In this document: piece after piece, positions 47,601-60,916 of the stretch
Layout: every line of letters starts with the position of its first letter
Numbering within the stretch: the first letter of the stretch is position 1
Assembly: GCA_033442325.1 (NCBI GenBank)
Contig: JAWQFM010000012.1
Location: 560,122-624,121, forward strand
Direction: 5' to 3'
Source: Salpingoeca rosetta
Taxonomy: Eukaryota; Protista; Choanoflagellata
DNA: 64,000 nucleotides
Program-made: the position numbers and the translations under genes
The notes under the pieces: model-generated
Database searches by the model: none
Told to the model about the DNA's origin: nothing
What the model saw: only the letters and a program-made list of their open reading frames with translations

Positions 47601-49158
47601 GTGGTGACAGGACAGGTGGTGAGGCAGCGGAAAGAGACGAGTTTGCACGACGCCATTCATGTGCGACTGACAGACATGTTCACACAGCAGCACGTCCCGC
47701 AACACAACACGAAGTGCCAGCACCACCTCCAACACCAACACAACCAACAACTACAATCCCAGCAGCAACAGCAACATCAACAGCGGCAGCAGCGTACCCG
47801 CCGTGCTTGGTGTCCTCGACGACAAAGGCCTTTGCGTAGATCTTGATGGTGGCGGGTACGGGCTTTGCTCCAATCTTCAGCACGCGATCGCGCCCTTCCT
47901 CAAGCACTTCATCGCCTGTGGCAGGAAGAGGACACCCGGGGGGGGGGTGGTGGGGAGTGTAGAGGGTGGTTGTGTGAAGAATGAGTGTCGGGCGTGACGG
48001 CGAAGCGAGTCAACATGCGAGGCGTGCACACACGCATGAACATGGTCACATACGCACGCACACATGCACCATTGCTAGAGCCCAAGCACCTCCTCCCCCT
48101 CCATCCACACCACACATACGCACGCACACGACACGTATGTGCGAACGCACCTTTTGGCTTGCTGACGTTGACGGTACCGAGGTATGTGCCCGGGTACGAC
48201 TGCTGCAGCTCGCCCTTATCAAGCTCGGGCTGCTTGGCGGTGGACGCGGCCAGCGCATCCCGCTTCGACGTGCTGCGGCGGCGCGCGCCCTTGCCTGAGG
48301 TTTGAGTGAGTAGGTGAGTGAGTGAGTAGGTGAGAGAGAGAGAGTGTGTGTGTGTGTGTGAGTGAGTGTGTGAGTGAGTGATTGAGTGAGTGAGCGAGTG
48401 AGTGAGTGAGTGAGTGAGTGAGTGAGTGGGTGACCAGGAAGTCATCAAACAGTGTCGCAGGCTACCTTTCTTGTCTGCAGCGGCCTCTGTCTTCTCTCCC
48501 TTGAGCGCCTTGAACGCCTCATTGATGGCGACGGGGATGAGATGCGCGTCGCGTGCAACGCGGAAGGTGTGGCATGTGTTCAGACGCGCCTGCGCGTCAT
48601 GCTCAAAGAACGACACCTGTCGCAGCACAAGACAACAGCCATGAATGGGGGCAGATAGGGACGATGGTGAGTTGACATTGCTACCACTACCTGCGACAGA
48701 TTGATGACGTGGGCGCTCGTGAACAAGTGGCACATGTGCAACCACAAATTGCCACTGGCCCACGACGGACATGAAGTCGAGGCAGTGACAACCTGTTCTC
48801 CGAACACGAGCAGCTGCAACAAGAGCAGGAACAGGAACAACAGTAGCATAGCAGTGGCACAACTGACCAGCTTATCGTCAATGGGGTCCTGTGCCACAAA
48901 GGTGACGTGCTTGATGTTGACCTCCTTCACCACGTCCTTCGTCTTGGCGTCAATCAGGTACAACCCCAGGACAGTGACCTTGAGGCGGATGGGCTTTGCC
49001 TTGAGTTTCAAGTCCCGAAGCCGCTGCACGGCGTTGGTTGCAATGTCGTTGCCGGTCGCCGCCTTCACCGGGACAGAGCCGACGTACTTGACTTTGAACT
49101 CCTCAATCTCCTGGCCATAGTCAATATGGCTCTTCACCTTGGACGATGAGCCTCCCAT
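44637..49158 (-). CDS. Myristoylated multi-PTB HM-motif tyrosine kinase (HMTK family); spans a gap; kinase C-terminus not found
   Basis: MGGSSSK N-myristoylation motif; PTB1 [17 protein letters not shown]; PTB2 [17 protein letters not shown]; a third PTB begins next to the gap; kinase [58 protein letters not shown]. Confidence 0.9.
46047..46204. repeat. (TGAG)n tetranucleotide microsatellite
   Basis: Read directly; a similar tract lies at ~48304-48428. Confidence 0.9.
46492..46915. other. Assembly gap
   Basis: Run of N. Confidence 1.
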
Positions 49159-49744
49159 CTTCACTTGTCTCCACGGGTTGCTGTGTGTCGTGTTGTGTTC
49201 TCCTCACGCCTCCTGCCACTGCTGCTTCTCGTACACTCCTCCTCTTCCTCTTCTTCTTCTTCTTCGGAAGCGAACCTGTGTTTTGATCGAGTGCAGTGGC
49301 TCTTCGCCTCGCCCTGCCTGTCCCAAGATCACCACTGCCTGCCTCAAGCTTGCTTGCTTGCTTCTTGCGACGTCGCTGGATGGGGGTGACGGTAAGGGGC
49401 GTGAGTTGTTGTTGTTGTTGTGGGTGTGTGTGTGTGTGTTGTTGTGGGAAGTGGCGTGTGTTTGTTTTTGGTTTGTTTTGATTGGTGGTGGTGGTTGTGG
49501 TTGCACCCATCCCCTCGCATCCCATCGCATCCCCTCGCATCGTTCTCCCACCGTTCTCCCGCCACACGCCCCGCTGCCACGGGTTGGTCACATACACACA
49601 CTGGTCGTTTCTCTCACACGCTGTACCACTCTCCAGCGTCGTCATGTCGGATACGCATGCAAACTCGCCCGCTTACCAGGATGCCATCATCAACCAGCGA
49701 TCCCTCTCTGCACGTGCGTGCGTGTGTGTGTGTGTGTGCGTGCG

Positions 49745-49839
<95 letters not shown>

Positions 49840-50226
49840 GTGTGTGTGTGTGTTTGCGCTTGTGACAGCACCCTCTTGCACTCGATGCGTAAATATCCCT
49901 CTTGCTCTCCATACACCATACAATACGTAACGAGTTCCTCCCCTTCTTGCACTCAAAAAACCTTATTGGCGCGCACTTCTTGAAGGGAACAAAACCTCGG
50001 AAAGGGAGTTAGGGTGTTTGATAGAAAAGACCTTGGTTCGTGTGTCGTCAAAACACCAAAAGGAATTAAGTACTGCAATTACCCCCCACAGAGAAAGGTG
50101 GGTTCTTGCCACTGTCTACTGAACCCCATGAACTCCTGTTTTTTTCCAATAGAGTAAGTAGAGTAGATTGAAAATTGAGATTAGATGAGAAATGACACAA
50201 TGGGCCACCATCTGAGCCATAGTCGA

Positions 50227-50969
50227 NNNNNNNNNNNNNNNNNNNNNNNNNNNNNNNNNNNNNNNNNNNNNNNNNNNNNNNNNNNNNNNNNNNNNNNNNN
50301 NNNNNNNNNNNNNNNNNNNNNNNNNNNNNNNNNNNNNNNNNNNNNNNNNNNNNNNNNNNNNNNNNNNNNNNNNNNNNNNNNNNNNNNNNNNNNNNNNNNN
50401 NNNNNNNNNNNNNNNNNNNNNNNNNNNNNNNNNNNNNNNNNNNNNNNNNNNNNNNNNNNNNNNNNNNNNNNNNNNNNNNNNNNNNNNNNNNNNNNNNNNN
50501 NNNNNNNNNNNNNNNNNNNNNNNNNNNNNNNNNNNNNNNNNNNNNNNNNNNNNNNNNNNNNNNNNNNNNNNNNNNNNNNNNNNNNNNNNNNNNNNNNNNN
50601 NNNNNNNNNNNNNNNNNNNNNNNNNNNNNNNNNNNNNNNNNNNNNNNNNNNNNNNNNNNNNNNNNNNNNNNNNNNNNNNNNNNNNNNNNNNNNNNNNNNN
50701 NNNNNNNNNNNNNNNNNNNNNNNNNNNNNNNNNNNNNNNNNNNNNNNNNNNNNNNNNNNNNNNNNNNNNNNNNNNNNNNNNNNNNNNNNNNNNNNNNNNN
50801 NNNNNNNNNNNNNNNNNNNNNNNNNNNNNNNNNNNNNNNNNNNNNNNNNNNNNNNNNNNNNNNNNNNNNNNNNNNNNNNNNNNNNNNNNNNNNNNNNNNN
50901 NNNNNNNNNNNNNNNNNNNNNNNNNNNNNNNNNNNNNNNNNNNNNNNNNNNNNNNNNNNNNNNNNNNNN
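50227..50969. other. Assembly gap (probably hides the 5' exon(s) of the second HMTK)
   Basis: Run of N; the first visible downstream exon starts mid-PTB. Confidence 0.95.
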
Positions 50970-51039
<70 letters not shown>

Positions 51040-51117
51040 TGCGTCCACCTTCCTGCAAGACACCCCCCCCTTGCACCCCCGTTCACACTCCCTTCATTCA
51101 CGCTCGCTGCGCAACAG

Positions 51118-54100
51118 GAGGTGATCAAGTCCATCCCCATCCTGGACATTTCGTTCTCGGCGGTGCACCCGAAGGACAGCAAGTTGGTCATGTGGATCAC
51201 AAACGACGCTCGCTTGGATCTCATGTACTGCCACGCCTTTCACGTCAAGAAGGCAAAGGTGCGCACCACCATGTGTGTGGCTGCGTGTGGCTGTGGGTGT
51301 GGCTGTGGGTGTGGTTGTGTGCATGTGTTGGTTCTTGCTGCATTGGCAATGCTATTCTCTCCCCGCTACCTTCCACACCACACCACCACCTTCACCACCT
51401 TCACCATCACCACCACCACCACGATGATGACAATGACAGGGGGAGGAAGTGCTGCAGACGATGGCGCTTGCGTTTACGAACGCGAAGCGGCGGCTGGAGG
51501 CGTCACAGGGCGACGAGGAGGCGCTCAGGGAGATGGGCATCACGTCAGGCAGGAAGACGCAGAGCAACGGTGCGATGGTGGTGGTTGTGGTTGTGGTGGT
51601 GGTGGTGGTGGTGGTACTGATGGTGTTGGCGGTGGTGGTGTCTGTGGTGGTGGTAGTTGTTTTTGGTTGTGATGGGAGTGTTTGCTCGTCCACATGGCAC
51701 CTCTAACTTGTCAATATGGATATGTGCGTGTGCGTGTGCGTGTGCGTGTGCGTGCGTGCATGTGCAGCGCTGGGGGTGTTTGAGGCGAAGTTCATTGGTT
51801 CGGTGCCGGCAGCGGACGTGACGGGATCCGAGGTCGCAGAGCAAGCCGTTGTCGACGCAAAGGTGCCGAGAGTTGGCGGCGGTGGTGGTGGCGGTGGTGA
51901 TGGTGGAGGAGAGCCTTGGTGTTCCTGCACCAGTGCACGCACAGCCAACTGCCTCTTCCTGTTTCTGCTTCTCATTCTCAATACCCCCCTGCACACACAC
52001 ACACACACACATACACACACATACACACACACACACACACACACGCCGCACACGCACACATACGCACACACATAAACACACACACACATAAACATACACA
52101 CACATTGCCACGTCACTGCACGACACTTGGCGACTGCAACAGCAACTGAACCGCCACCCTGAGGGTGTGATCATGATCATCTCGTCTGAAGGCATCCGCA
52201 CCATCGAAGGCCTCACAGGCGTACGTGTGCGCACATGTGTTGATTGCTGTGTGGAAGTGCTTGAATGCGTGCTTGCTCGTGTGAGGCCTCACAGGCGTAA
52301 GTGTGCGCACATGTGTTGATTGTTGTGCTCATCCTGGGGTAGAGCTTGAATGCGTGCGTCCTCGTGTGTGGCGTGTTGTGTGTGTGAAGCTATATTTGTA
52401 TGGCTGCTTCAACAAACGCGCTCACATTTCTCCACACACACACACACACACATGTTCATCGCCGTGGGCAGGAGGTGGTGACGTCTGTGCTGATCACGGA
52501 TGTGTCATTTGTGACGACATCTGGCGCCAAACGCGATGTGCTCGCGTTCATCAGCAAGGACACGCGCCTCAAGCGCATCACCTGCCATGTCTTTGAATGC
52601 CGCAGGGTGGGTTTATCTACTGCTGCTGGTGGGCATCAGCACAAGTGTGCACAAGCACACGGGCACATTCTCACACACCTTCACAACACGCACGTACACC
52701 CATGCACTTCAACATTATCGTGTTTTGCGCATGATCTCACACACCAAACCACTCACTCACCAACCAACCAACCAACCAACCAACAACCAAACTACGCGTC
52801 TCTCCACAACCAGGCGCAAGAGATATCGACGACAATCGGCAAAGCGTTTGCAAAAGCGAAAGAGGAGCAGGACCAGCGGGCCGGAAATCCGTTTGCCCCA
52901 ACCAGCACCGAGCGCGAAGGTGTGACCAGGCGGCTGCAAACGCGTTGTGTGTGTGTTCGTGCGTGCGCGTGTGTTTGGCGCTGATACAATGGCTCTTTGA
53001 GCTGTGTTTCTGCCCTCTTTCCTCAACTCACTGCTCCGTCCACCACCACCATCACCACCACCACCACCACCACTGATTCCACCATCACACAGCCGTGCAG
53101 GGCCCGTTGTTCAAGTACCAGATCCATCGCAAGGACCTCGTGGCAGACAAGCCCATTGGCGCCGGCCAGTTCGGACAGGTACACACACGCGCACATTTGG
53201 TGGTGGTGGTGGTGGTGGTGGTGGTGGTGGTGGTGCACACGGCATTTGGAGCGCGTGTGCGCGCGTGAGTGTGGGCGCGTGTGTGCTCACACTTGTGAAT
53301 TCAAGTATTGCTCTGATGGCGTCGCACTCACATCAGATCCTTTGTACCACATCCACACTCCTGCCACCGTTGTAGGTGTACCGTGCCAAGTACAAGCACC
53401 AGAAGGTTGCCGTCAAAACCGTGCGGCAGTCTGCCTCTGCCCAGGATAAGGGTGAGGCTCCATTGTTGAAGCCCCACGATGTTATGGCCCGGGTGGTGGT
53501 GGTGGTGGTGGTGGTGGTGGTGGGCTTTGTTTGGTGGTGTGGAACACCGAAAGCACTTGCGTCTGGTTCTTGCTCTTTGTTCTGTTGTCTTGTTTTCCTT
53601 TGACGGCTGTTGTGTCAGCGTATGGCGTTCTTGTCTCACGTTGATGCAACGTTGCTCCCCACGCACTCATCTACGCGCACGTGCCTTGCTTATCTCCCTA
53701 TCCCTGATGCGCATGGCAGATGAGTTTATGGACGAGGCGGTTGTGATGGTTGAGCTGAGCAACCCCAATCTTGTGGGCATCCTCGGCGTCTCTCTCCAGC
53801 AGAAGCCCTGGCTCTGCGTCATCGAGTACATGGAGGTGTGCAATCGTGATGTGTGCCCCGTGATGCTGTGTTGTGCTGCACTGTGCTGCACTGTGCTGTG
53901 ATGTGCTGCGTGCAAGTGATCGGGTGTAGGTTGGCACACGTGGTGTTGTGTCTTCGTGCGTGTGTGCGTGTGTGCGTGCGCTTTTCACGCAGGCCAGACA
54001 TCCATTCATGAGTGGCCAGCCCGGACTTCACACACCCCCTGACTACGCACACACGCACGCACACACACACACACACATACACACACACACACACACACGC

Positions 54101-56136
54101 GCGCGCGCACACACACCGCTGCCACCGTCATCAGTACGGAGACCTGCGTGACGTGCTGCAGACGTGTGAGGAGAAGAAATTCCCTCTCCGCGAGAGTGAA
54201 CAGATCCACTTTGCAAAGCAGATTGCAAGCGGCCTTGCTTTCATGGCCAGTCTTCGATACATCCACATGTACGGCACGAGCATGCGTTTGTTTTTTTTGG
54301 GGGGGGGGGTTGGTGGGGGGGGGGTTGGTGGCGGAGGAGGTGGTGGCGGTGACGAGGATGATGGTAACCGTAGTTGCTGCTGCTGCTGCTGCTGTTGCTG
54401 CTGTTGCTGCTGCTGCTGATGATGATGATGTTGATGATGTTGGTGATGATGAGCATAGCAACATAACGGTGAAGTGGAATGAAATGCATGCGCCTGTTGT
54501 GAGTCGGTGACGTTGCTACACGGTATTCACGTGTTACTCATGTGTGTGCGTATTCACTCGTGCAGGGACATTGCTGCGCGTAACTGCCTTCTCACGTACA
54601 ACAACGTCGTCAAAGTGGCCGATTTCGGTCTCGTAAGTCACGACACGTGTGTGTGCGTGTGTGCGTGCGTGTGCGTGTGTGTGTGCGTGTGTGCGTGTGT
54701 GTGTGTGTGCATTTGTGACCTCCTTGTCTGGCCATGCCCCCTTCTTCTTTCTCGCGCCAACAGCCTCACTGGGTGCACAACTGTTTTCGATGCACCAGAC
54801 CCGCAAACTTGACGAAGGCAAGGACACGTACACGCTGCGCAAATCTGCCAAGCTCCCCGTGCGCTGGATGGCAGTCGAAACCATGACCAAGAAGGTGAGT
54901 TCGTGCATGTGCATGTGTGAGAGTGTATCTGAATTGTGCGCGTGTGAATGAGTGTGTGCACGTGCGTGCCTGTGTTGGTGTGTTGAGTGTGGGGTCCCAG
55001 CTTCTAACGCGACATGAATGCTCTTGCACACCGCCTGTGCAGCTGTTCTCGGAGGCGAGCGACGTGTGGGCATTCGGCGTCCTGCTCTGGGAAATCCTCA
55101 GGTGTGCCGCAACATCACCACGCCATTACACCACGGCAACTGATGTATCATGATGGTTCATGGTGGCGATTTGTGATGAACACTTGCATTACTCAGTTTC
55201 CCTTTCGCACACACTGACACTCACACACAAACACAAACGAATACACGCACACACGCACACACACACGCACACACGCACACACACAAACACAAACACACAC
55301 AAACACAAACACTAACAAACACATCTCGTGTTCTCGTCGTCTGTGTGCATCCACGTTGCAGCTATGGCGAGCTGCCATACAAGGAGATCAAGAACAAGGA
55401 TGTCCAGAAGGCGATTGTGAAGGAAGGAACGCGCCTGCAGAAGCCAGCCAGCGCCCCTGATCCGCTCTTCCGTGTCGCCGAGACATGCTGGCGAACGGTA
55501 CGCACCTGCGGATACCAGCACACAATATCAGAGGCCGTATGCGTGCTTGTGCCTTGGCTCCTGCGTCTCTGTGTATTGTGTGCTCTGTGTGTGTGTGTGG
55601 GGGGGGGCATTGTGTACCTGCGCGACTGCGTTCTGTGTGAGTACTTCGTATTCGTTGTTGTGTGTTTTATATTGTTGCACGCATGTTTGTCTTGAATTCG
55701 CACATGCTATCCTCACAACCCTCACAACCACCCACTCTCTCATTCTCTCCCCTTTCCTACTCCTACTGCTTCGCTTGCATTTCCCTCAGGACCGCTTGAA
55801 GCGCTATGCATTCGCAGAGCTGAAGCAGGTGAGCCTCCCCCCGCCCCAACGCGTGCTCGTGCTCGTTGCAGTTGCAGTGCCACCACTTTCATTGCCATCA
55901 CTTTTGCAGTGTCTCTGCTATGCAGCGCCTACGTGCTGTCCGTGGCTTGCGCTGCACACCATGTGCCCGCCGCCCACTCCTTGATGTGTGCCGCTGTTGC
56001 CTCCCATATCTGCCGCATCTCACATGGGCCACATTGCACCTGTCCAACTCTGCAGCAACTTGAGACGCTGCATGGCGAAGCCGTTCGCAAGGACCCGGAC
56101 GTGCGTGACATTGGCGCGTGCATCAGCTCCCTCTAG
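51118..56136 (+). CDS. Second multi-PTB HM-motif tyrosine kinase (HMTK family), 5' end missing
   Basis: PTB EVIKSIPILDISF..MYCHAFHV; PTB FEAKFIGSVP..ITCHVFEC; kinase [20 protein letters not shown]|[49 protein letters not shown]; ends DIGACISSL*. Confidence 0.93.
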
Positions 56137-56339
56137 TAGTGAAGTGGACGCGTGCATGTGCACGCGCGTGCGCAGCTGCATTGGTTTGTGTTGCTTGATG
56201 TGTTGCCTTTCGTCTGCTGGCATTGTCCATACGCTGCTTGGTTTGCTTTTGTTCTTGCACTCTTGTTGCTTTCTTGTGTTGTGTGCTCTTTCTGTGTTTG
56301 AGTGCGTGTGAGCGAGTGAGTGCGAGTGCGTGTGCGTGC

Positions 56340-56438
<99 letters not shown>

Positions 56439-56678
56439 TGTGTGTGTGTGTGTGTGAGTGTGTGTGCGCATTGACATGAATCAAAAACAAAAGCAAAGGA
56501 ACAAACACAGCACTTCGTGCGTGCAAGAAATTTGGCGGAAAATGTGTACAAATAATCCGAGCTTGCTTCTGCCTTGCTCATGCCTTGTGCCAATCTCCAC
56601 ACAAACACGTGTGCACAGACATCGCTGCACTGAACACCACCCACAACTTCCTTTGTCTCCCACCGTTGTTTGGTCGAC

Positions 56679-57638
56679 ATGCTGAGCAAGGCATACCTGA
56701 TCGCGTACAACGCGGTCGTGGCCGCAGGGTAAGCAACTGCAAGGGGGTGGAGGGGAGAGAGCATGGGCGTGGTGCCCACGCTGTGATGGTGGTGACCTGC
56801 GATTCAAATCACCGATGCAGCGTTGTGCGCGCGACAGTTTTTGTGCGGCAGCAGACAGGCCTTTGTCCTGCTTGTTGCGTCTGGTTGCTTCGACTGTGCT
56901 CTTCTCACTCTCTGCCTTGCGTCGTGGCCGTGATGGCAGATGGGCCTGGATCATGGTGATGACGCTGTCATCACTGCGCCTGCCCGCGTCCGAGAACGCA
57001 AAGTGCACCTTCTACAACACCGTGTGCTTTGACACGTCCAGTGGGCCCGCCATCTTCGATTTCCTCAAGGTAGGCGATGGTCCTGCTTTTGCTGCTGCTG
57101 CTGCTGCTGCTGCTTTTGGTGCTGCTGCTGCTGCTGCTGATGATGATGATGATCTCTGCCGTGCAATCGTGGTGTGGCAACGTTGCTGGTGCTGTCATCA
57201 ACTGGTGCATGCGAATTCTTCCCTTGATCGCTGATTCGATCAAGTTGGTGTGTTCAACCACCACTGACTGTCTTGAATGGGTTTGCAGATCTTCCAGACG
57301 GCCGCCTGCCTTGAGGTAAGATCCGATTCACACTGCGCCATGATGTGCACCGTGTCGTGGTTGACGCGACTTGAAGGATCAGCTGTGATTGCTGTACCAG
57401 CAGCTAGTTGATGTACACCACATGCACGTTAACTCACGCGCATTACGCGCGCCCGGGTGTTTGCTTCCCATCTGCAGGTGTTGCATGTCATGCTTGGTCT
57501 CGTGAAAGGCACGCTCTTCACCACCTTCTTCCAAGTCTTCTCTCGCGAAGTCCTCACCTGGTTCGTCTGCTACGTCAGCCCTCGCGTAAGTCCCAGGTCT
57601 GCGGTTAGCATGCACATGCATATGCCTCCCTCCCCCCT

Positions 57639-57680
<42 letters not shown>

Positions 57681-59013
57681 ACTCTCTCTCTCACTCACTC
57701 ACTCACTCACTCACTCAAACACTTACTCACACACACACACACACACTCACTCACTCAAACCTCTCCCCCTCCTCCCTTCTCCCTCTCTGTCATCGTGTGC
57801 ATCGGGGCAGATTACCCAATCTGACGCCTTCTTCTTGATGATGGTTGCCTGGAGCGTGACGGAGGTGATCCGGTACAACCTGTACTGGATCAAGCTGGCC
57901 TTTGACAAGGTCCCATATCCGCTCATGTGGTGCCGCTACTCGTTCTTCATCGTCCTCTACCCACTCGGCGTCTACGTAAGTAGCACCCCAGTGGACGCTA
58001 CGTGCCCCATTTAGTGGTGGTGGTGGTGGTGGTGGTGCATGTGGTGCTTGTGTTGCTTGTGTGCGTGTGTGTGTGTGTGTGTGTGATAGTGGGTCATCAT
58101 GTACCTGCAAGTGCGTGTGTTCATGCTCGAACGTTTGCTCTCACCCACCTTGTGGCTCCTGCTCACGTCCCACCTCCATGTATATGCGCGCTTGACTGCT
58201 GTTCAGTCTGAGATTCTGTGCAACCTGCGTGCCATCTTCTTCTTCAATGAACTCCGCGAGGAAGGGAAGTTTCTCGACGACACCGAGGTATGCGGTGATG
58301 GCGAGATGATAGCGGGGTGATGGTGGCAATGGCACAATGAAGGTTGTCTTCATTGTTGTTGTGAGCATGATGCTTCTGTGTTATTGTTTTCGTGCTGTGT
58401 CAGAGGCAATGGCTTCGCTGTGCTGTTGGTGATGGCATGAAGACATACGCCGTAACCACCACTCACACACGCTTTCCTTCCCTCCGTACTGTGTTGTTTC
58501 GTGTTTGTACAGGAGAATGGCTACGTTGCCCGCCTTTCCCGCCAATACGGCGTCTGCGTTGCGCTTCTCATGGTCCTCTACCCAACAGGTGCAAGCTGCC
58601 ACCTTCTTTCCATCGCACACCAAGAATGCACGGGGGAAGGTCACACACACGCACACACACGCACACACATACATACACACACCCATGCACGCGCACGCAC
58701 GTACGCACGCACATATTCGCACGTGCACGCCCGCGATATTCGCACATATGAATTCACCGCCTCACCACCCGCCACCGACAATGTGTGTGCTTTGCCCAAC
58801 AGTGTTCCCGCAGATGTACCTGTACATGTTCAAGCAGCGCAGCAAGTATCTCAACGCCCGCAAACCGCGTCCACAGCAGACAGAGGGCATCCAGTTCCCA
58901 GCAGATGACAAGGTCCCATGAGTTGTGTATGCGAATACGTGTTCGTCTGTTTGTTTGTTCGTGTGTGTGCCTGTGTACGTTTGCTTGCAAGCACGTTGCC
59001 TGGGTTGCTGTTC

Positions 59014-59044
<31 letters not shown>

Positions 59045-59785
59045 CGTGTGTGTGTGTGTGTGTGTTCGTGTTCGTGTTCGTGTTCGTTTTCGTGCTGTAC
59101 TCAGCATTTGCCGTTGCTGGCTGATATCATATTCACCACCACTGCCACTGCTGCTCGTCAATGCCACTGCCGTCACCATTCGAAGGTGGCGGTGATTGCG
59201 CCCGTGCATGTGCGCGCCTTTCTCCGCCCCGCTCACCATCGCTGTTATGACTGCTTCTCAATTCTCAACTGCACGACAGGGCAAGCGCAGCACGAGCGCA
59301 TTCAACCAGGCCGCGTTTGCCGCCAGCGTCTTCAACCACGACCAGCAGGTTCAGAGAGCGCGTGTGTGTGTGCGTGTGCGTCTGTGATCCATTGCGAGTG
59401 TGCATGTGAGTGCGTTCCTGGTGTGTGTGTGCGTGCGTGTGTTGCTTTGACGTGAGCATGTCCACGTTTTGTTTGGATGCGTGTGTACTCGCGCACATGT
59501 CATTTGCATATGTGCGCGTGTGCGTGTGCGTGTGTGCAGGCTGCGATGGCTGTGATGAAGGAGAAGAACTGGCGGTTTGGATATGGCAAGCACGTCATCC
59601 GCAACGTCGCCCTCTCCTGCAAGGACAACGACACCTGCCTCAAGGTGCGCCAAACGCACGCTGTTTTATCCAGCCATGTGTGTCGTTGTTGCGGTTGCAA
59701 TCCCACTTGCTTAATGATTTGTTGGACAGGTCAGTGTGCTGTCTCGTGTGGCAGCTGCCTTGTTTATGTTATCTCCTTCCTTCTT

Positions 59786-59883
<98 letters not shown>

Positions 59884-60006
59884 TCACACAACCACAACCA
59901 CACCGACACACACACACACACACACACAGACACAGACACTCACACTCGTGTCCAGACTACAAGGAGTGGGATTGCGTTCGGTAGGGCCAAACAGCTGCCA
60001 GAATGA
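56679..60006 (+). CDS. HACD: Very-long-chain 3-hydroxyacyl-CoA dehydratase (HACD/PTPLA/Phs1) with C-terminal extension
   Basis: [56 protein letters not shown] (catalytic Tyr and Glu), [13 protein letters not shown]; further in-frame exons run to 60006. Confidence 0.92.
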
Positions 60007-60396
60007 AGATGCCAAACAGCAGCGTGAAGATCACGGATGTCACGCACAGCCTGGCGCATGGGGAGGTTTCCGGGAAGTGTGTCGCTGCATTCACACATGA
60101 ATACGAATTGAAGTACGCGTTACCGTGGGTGCATGCATTTAAGTGAGCATGGGGAAGCGAGAAGAGTCACTCAGAAGCCTCGCACGGCAGTGCAGGTGGC
60201 AGTGCACATCTCATCCACAAGGCATACACAAAGGCGGTGCTCACGTTGTGAATCCACAGACGTATCCTCGAGGATGAGGACGTCTTCGCTCGAGTGGCTT
60301 CTGCACATCAAGAACAAGCAGGGAGGAGAAGGAAGGGAAACGAAAAGCGTGAGCCAACCCGCATTCTTGAACAACAAGCCAGCCGTCCACCACCCT

Positions 60397-60464
<68 letters not shown>

Positions 60465-60916
60465 GCACGTGCTGGTCGCTTTGCCACATCCAACCACCCC
60501 CTATCCACGAACCATCACACAACTGCAACCCGCACACAAACGCACTCCAAATCGTCCTCGATATCCATTGTTGCTGTTGGTTTGGAGCGGGTCGTGTATA
60601 ATTATGTAAAACACCACTAAATTTTCCACAATCAAAAGGGCAAGAAGAAGAACAAGAAAAGGGCAAGCAAGCAAGCAAACGATGCAAACGTCAACGTTAA
60701 GCAAGCCTCTGTTGTGCTCTCTCTCTTTCTTTCTCTGTTTTGTCTGGTTGAATGCACGCATGCGTGTGCACTCACTGTATGCTGTGTATGTGCTGTGTGG
60801 TATGCGTCGGGGTGTGTTGTGTGCGTGTTTTGTGTGTGCTTTTGAATATGTGTGTGGTGGGGTGCGATTATGGGCTGCCCTGCCAGATAGCAGGCTCGTA
60901 ACGGGTGGCGAGCAAG

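Noticed and set aside
49960-50226. AT-rich, compositionally foreign segment before a gap (possible insertion or transposon end)
   Set aside because: No terminal repeat or coding signal; it abuts an N-gap and is most simply a low-quality contig end
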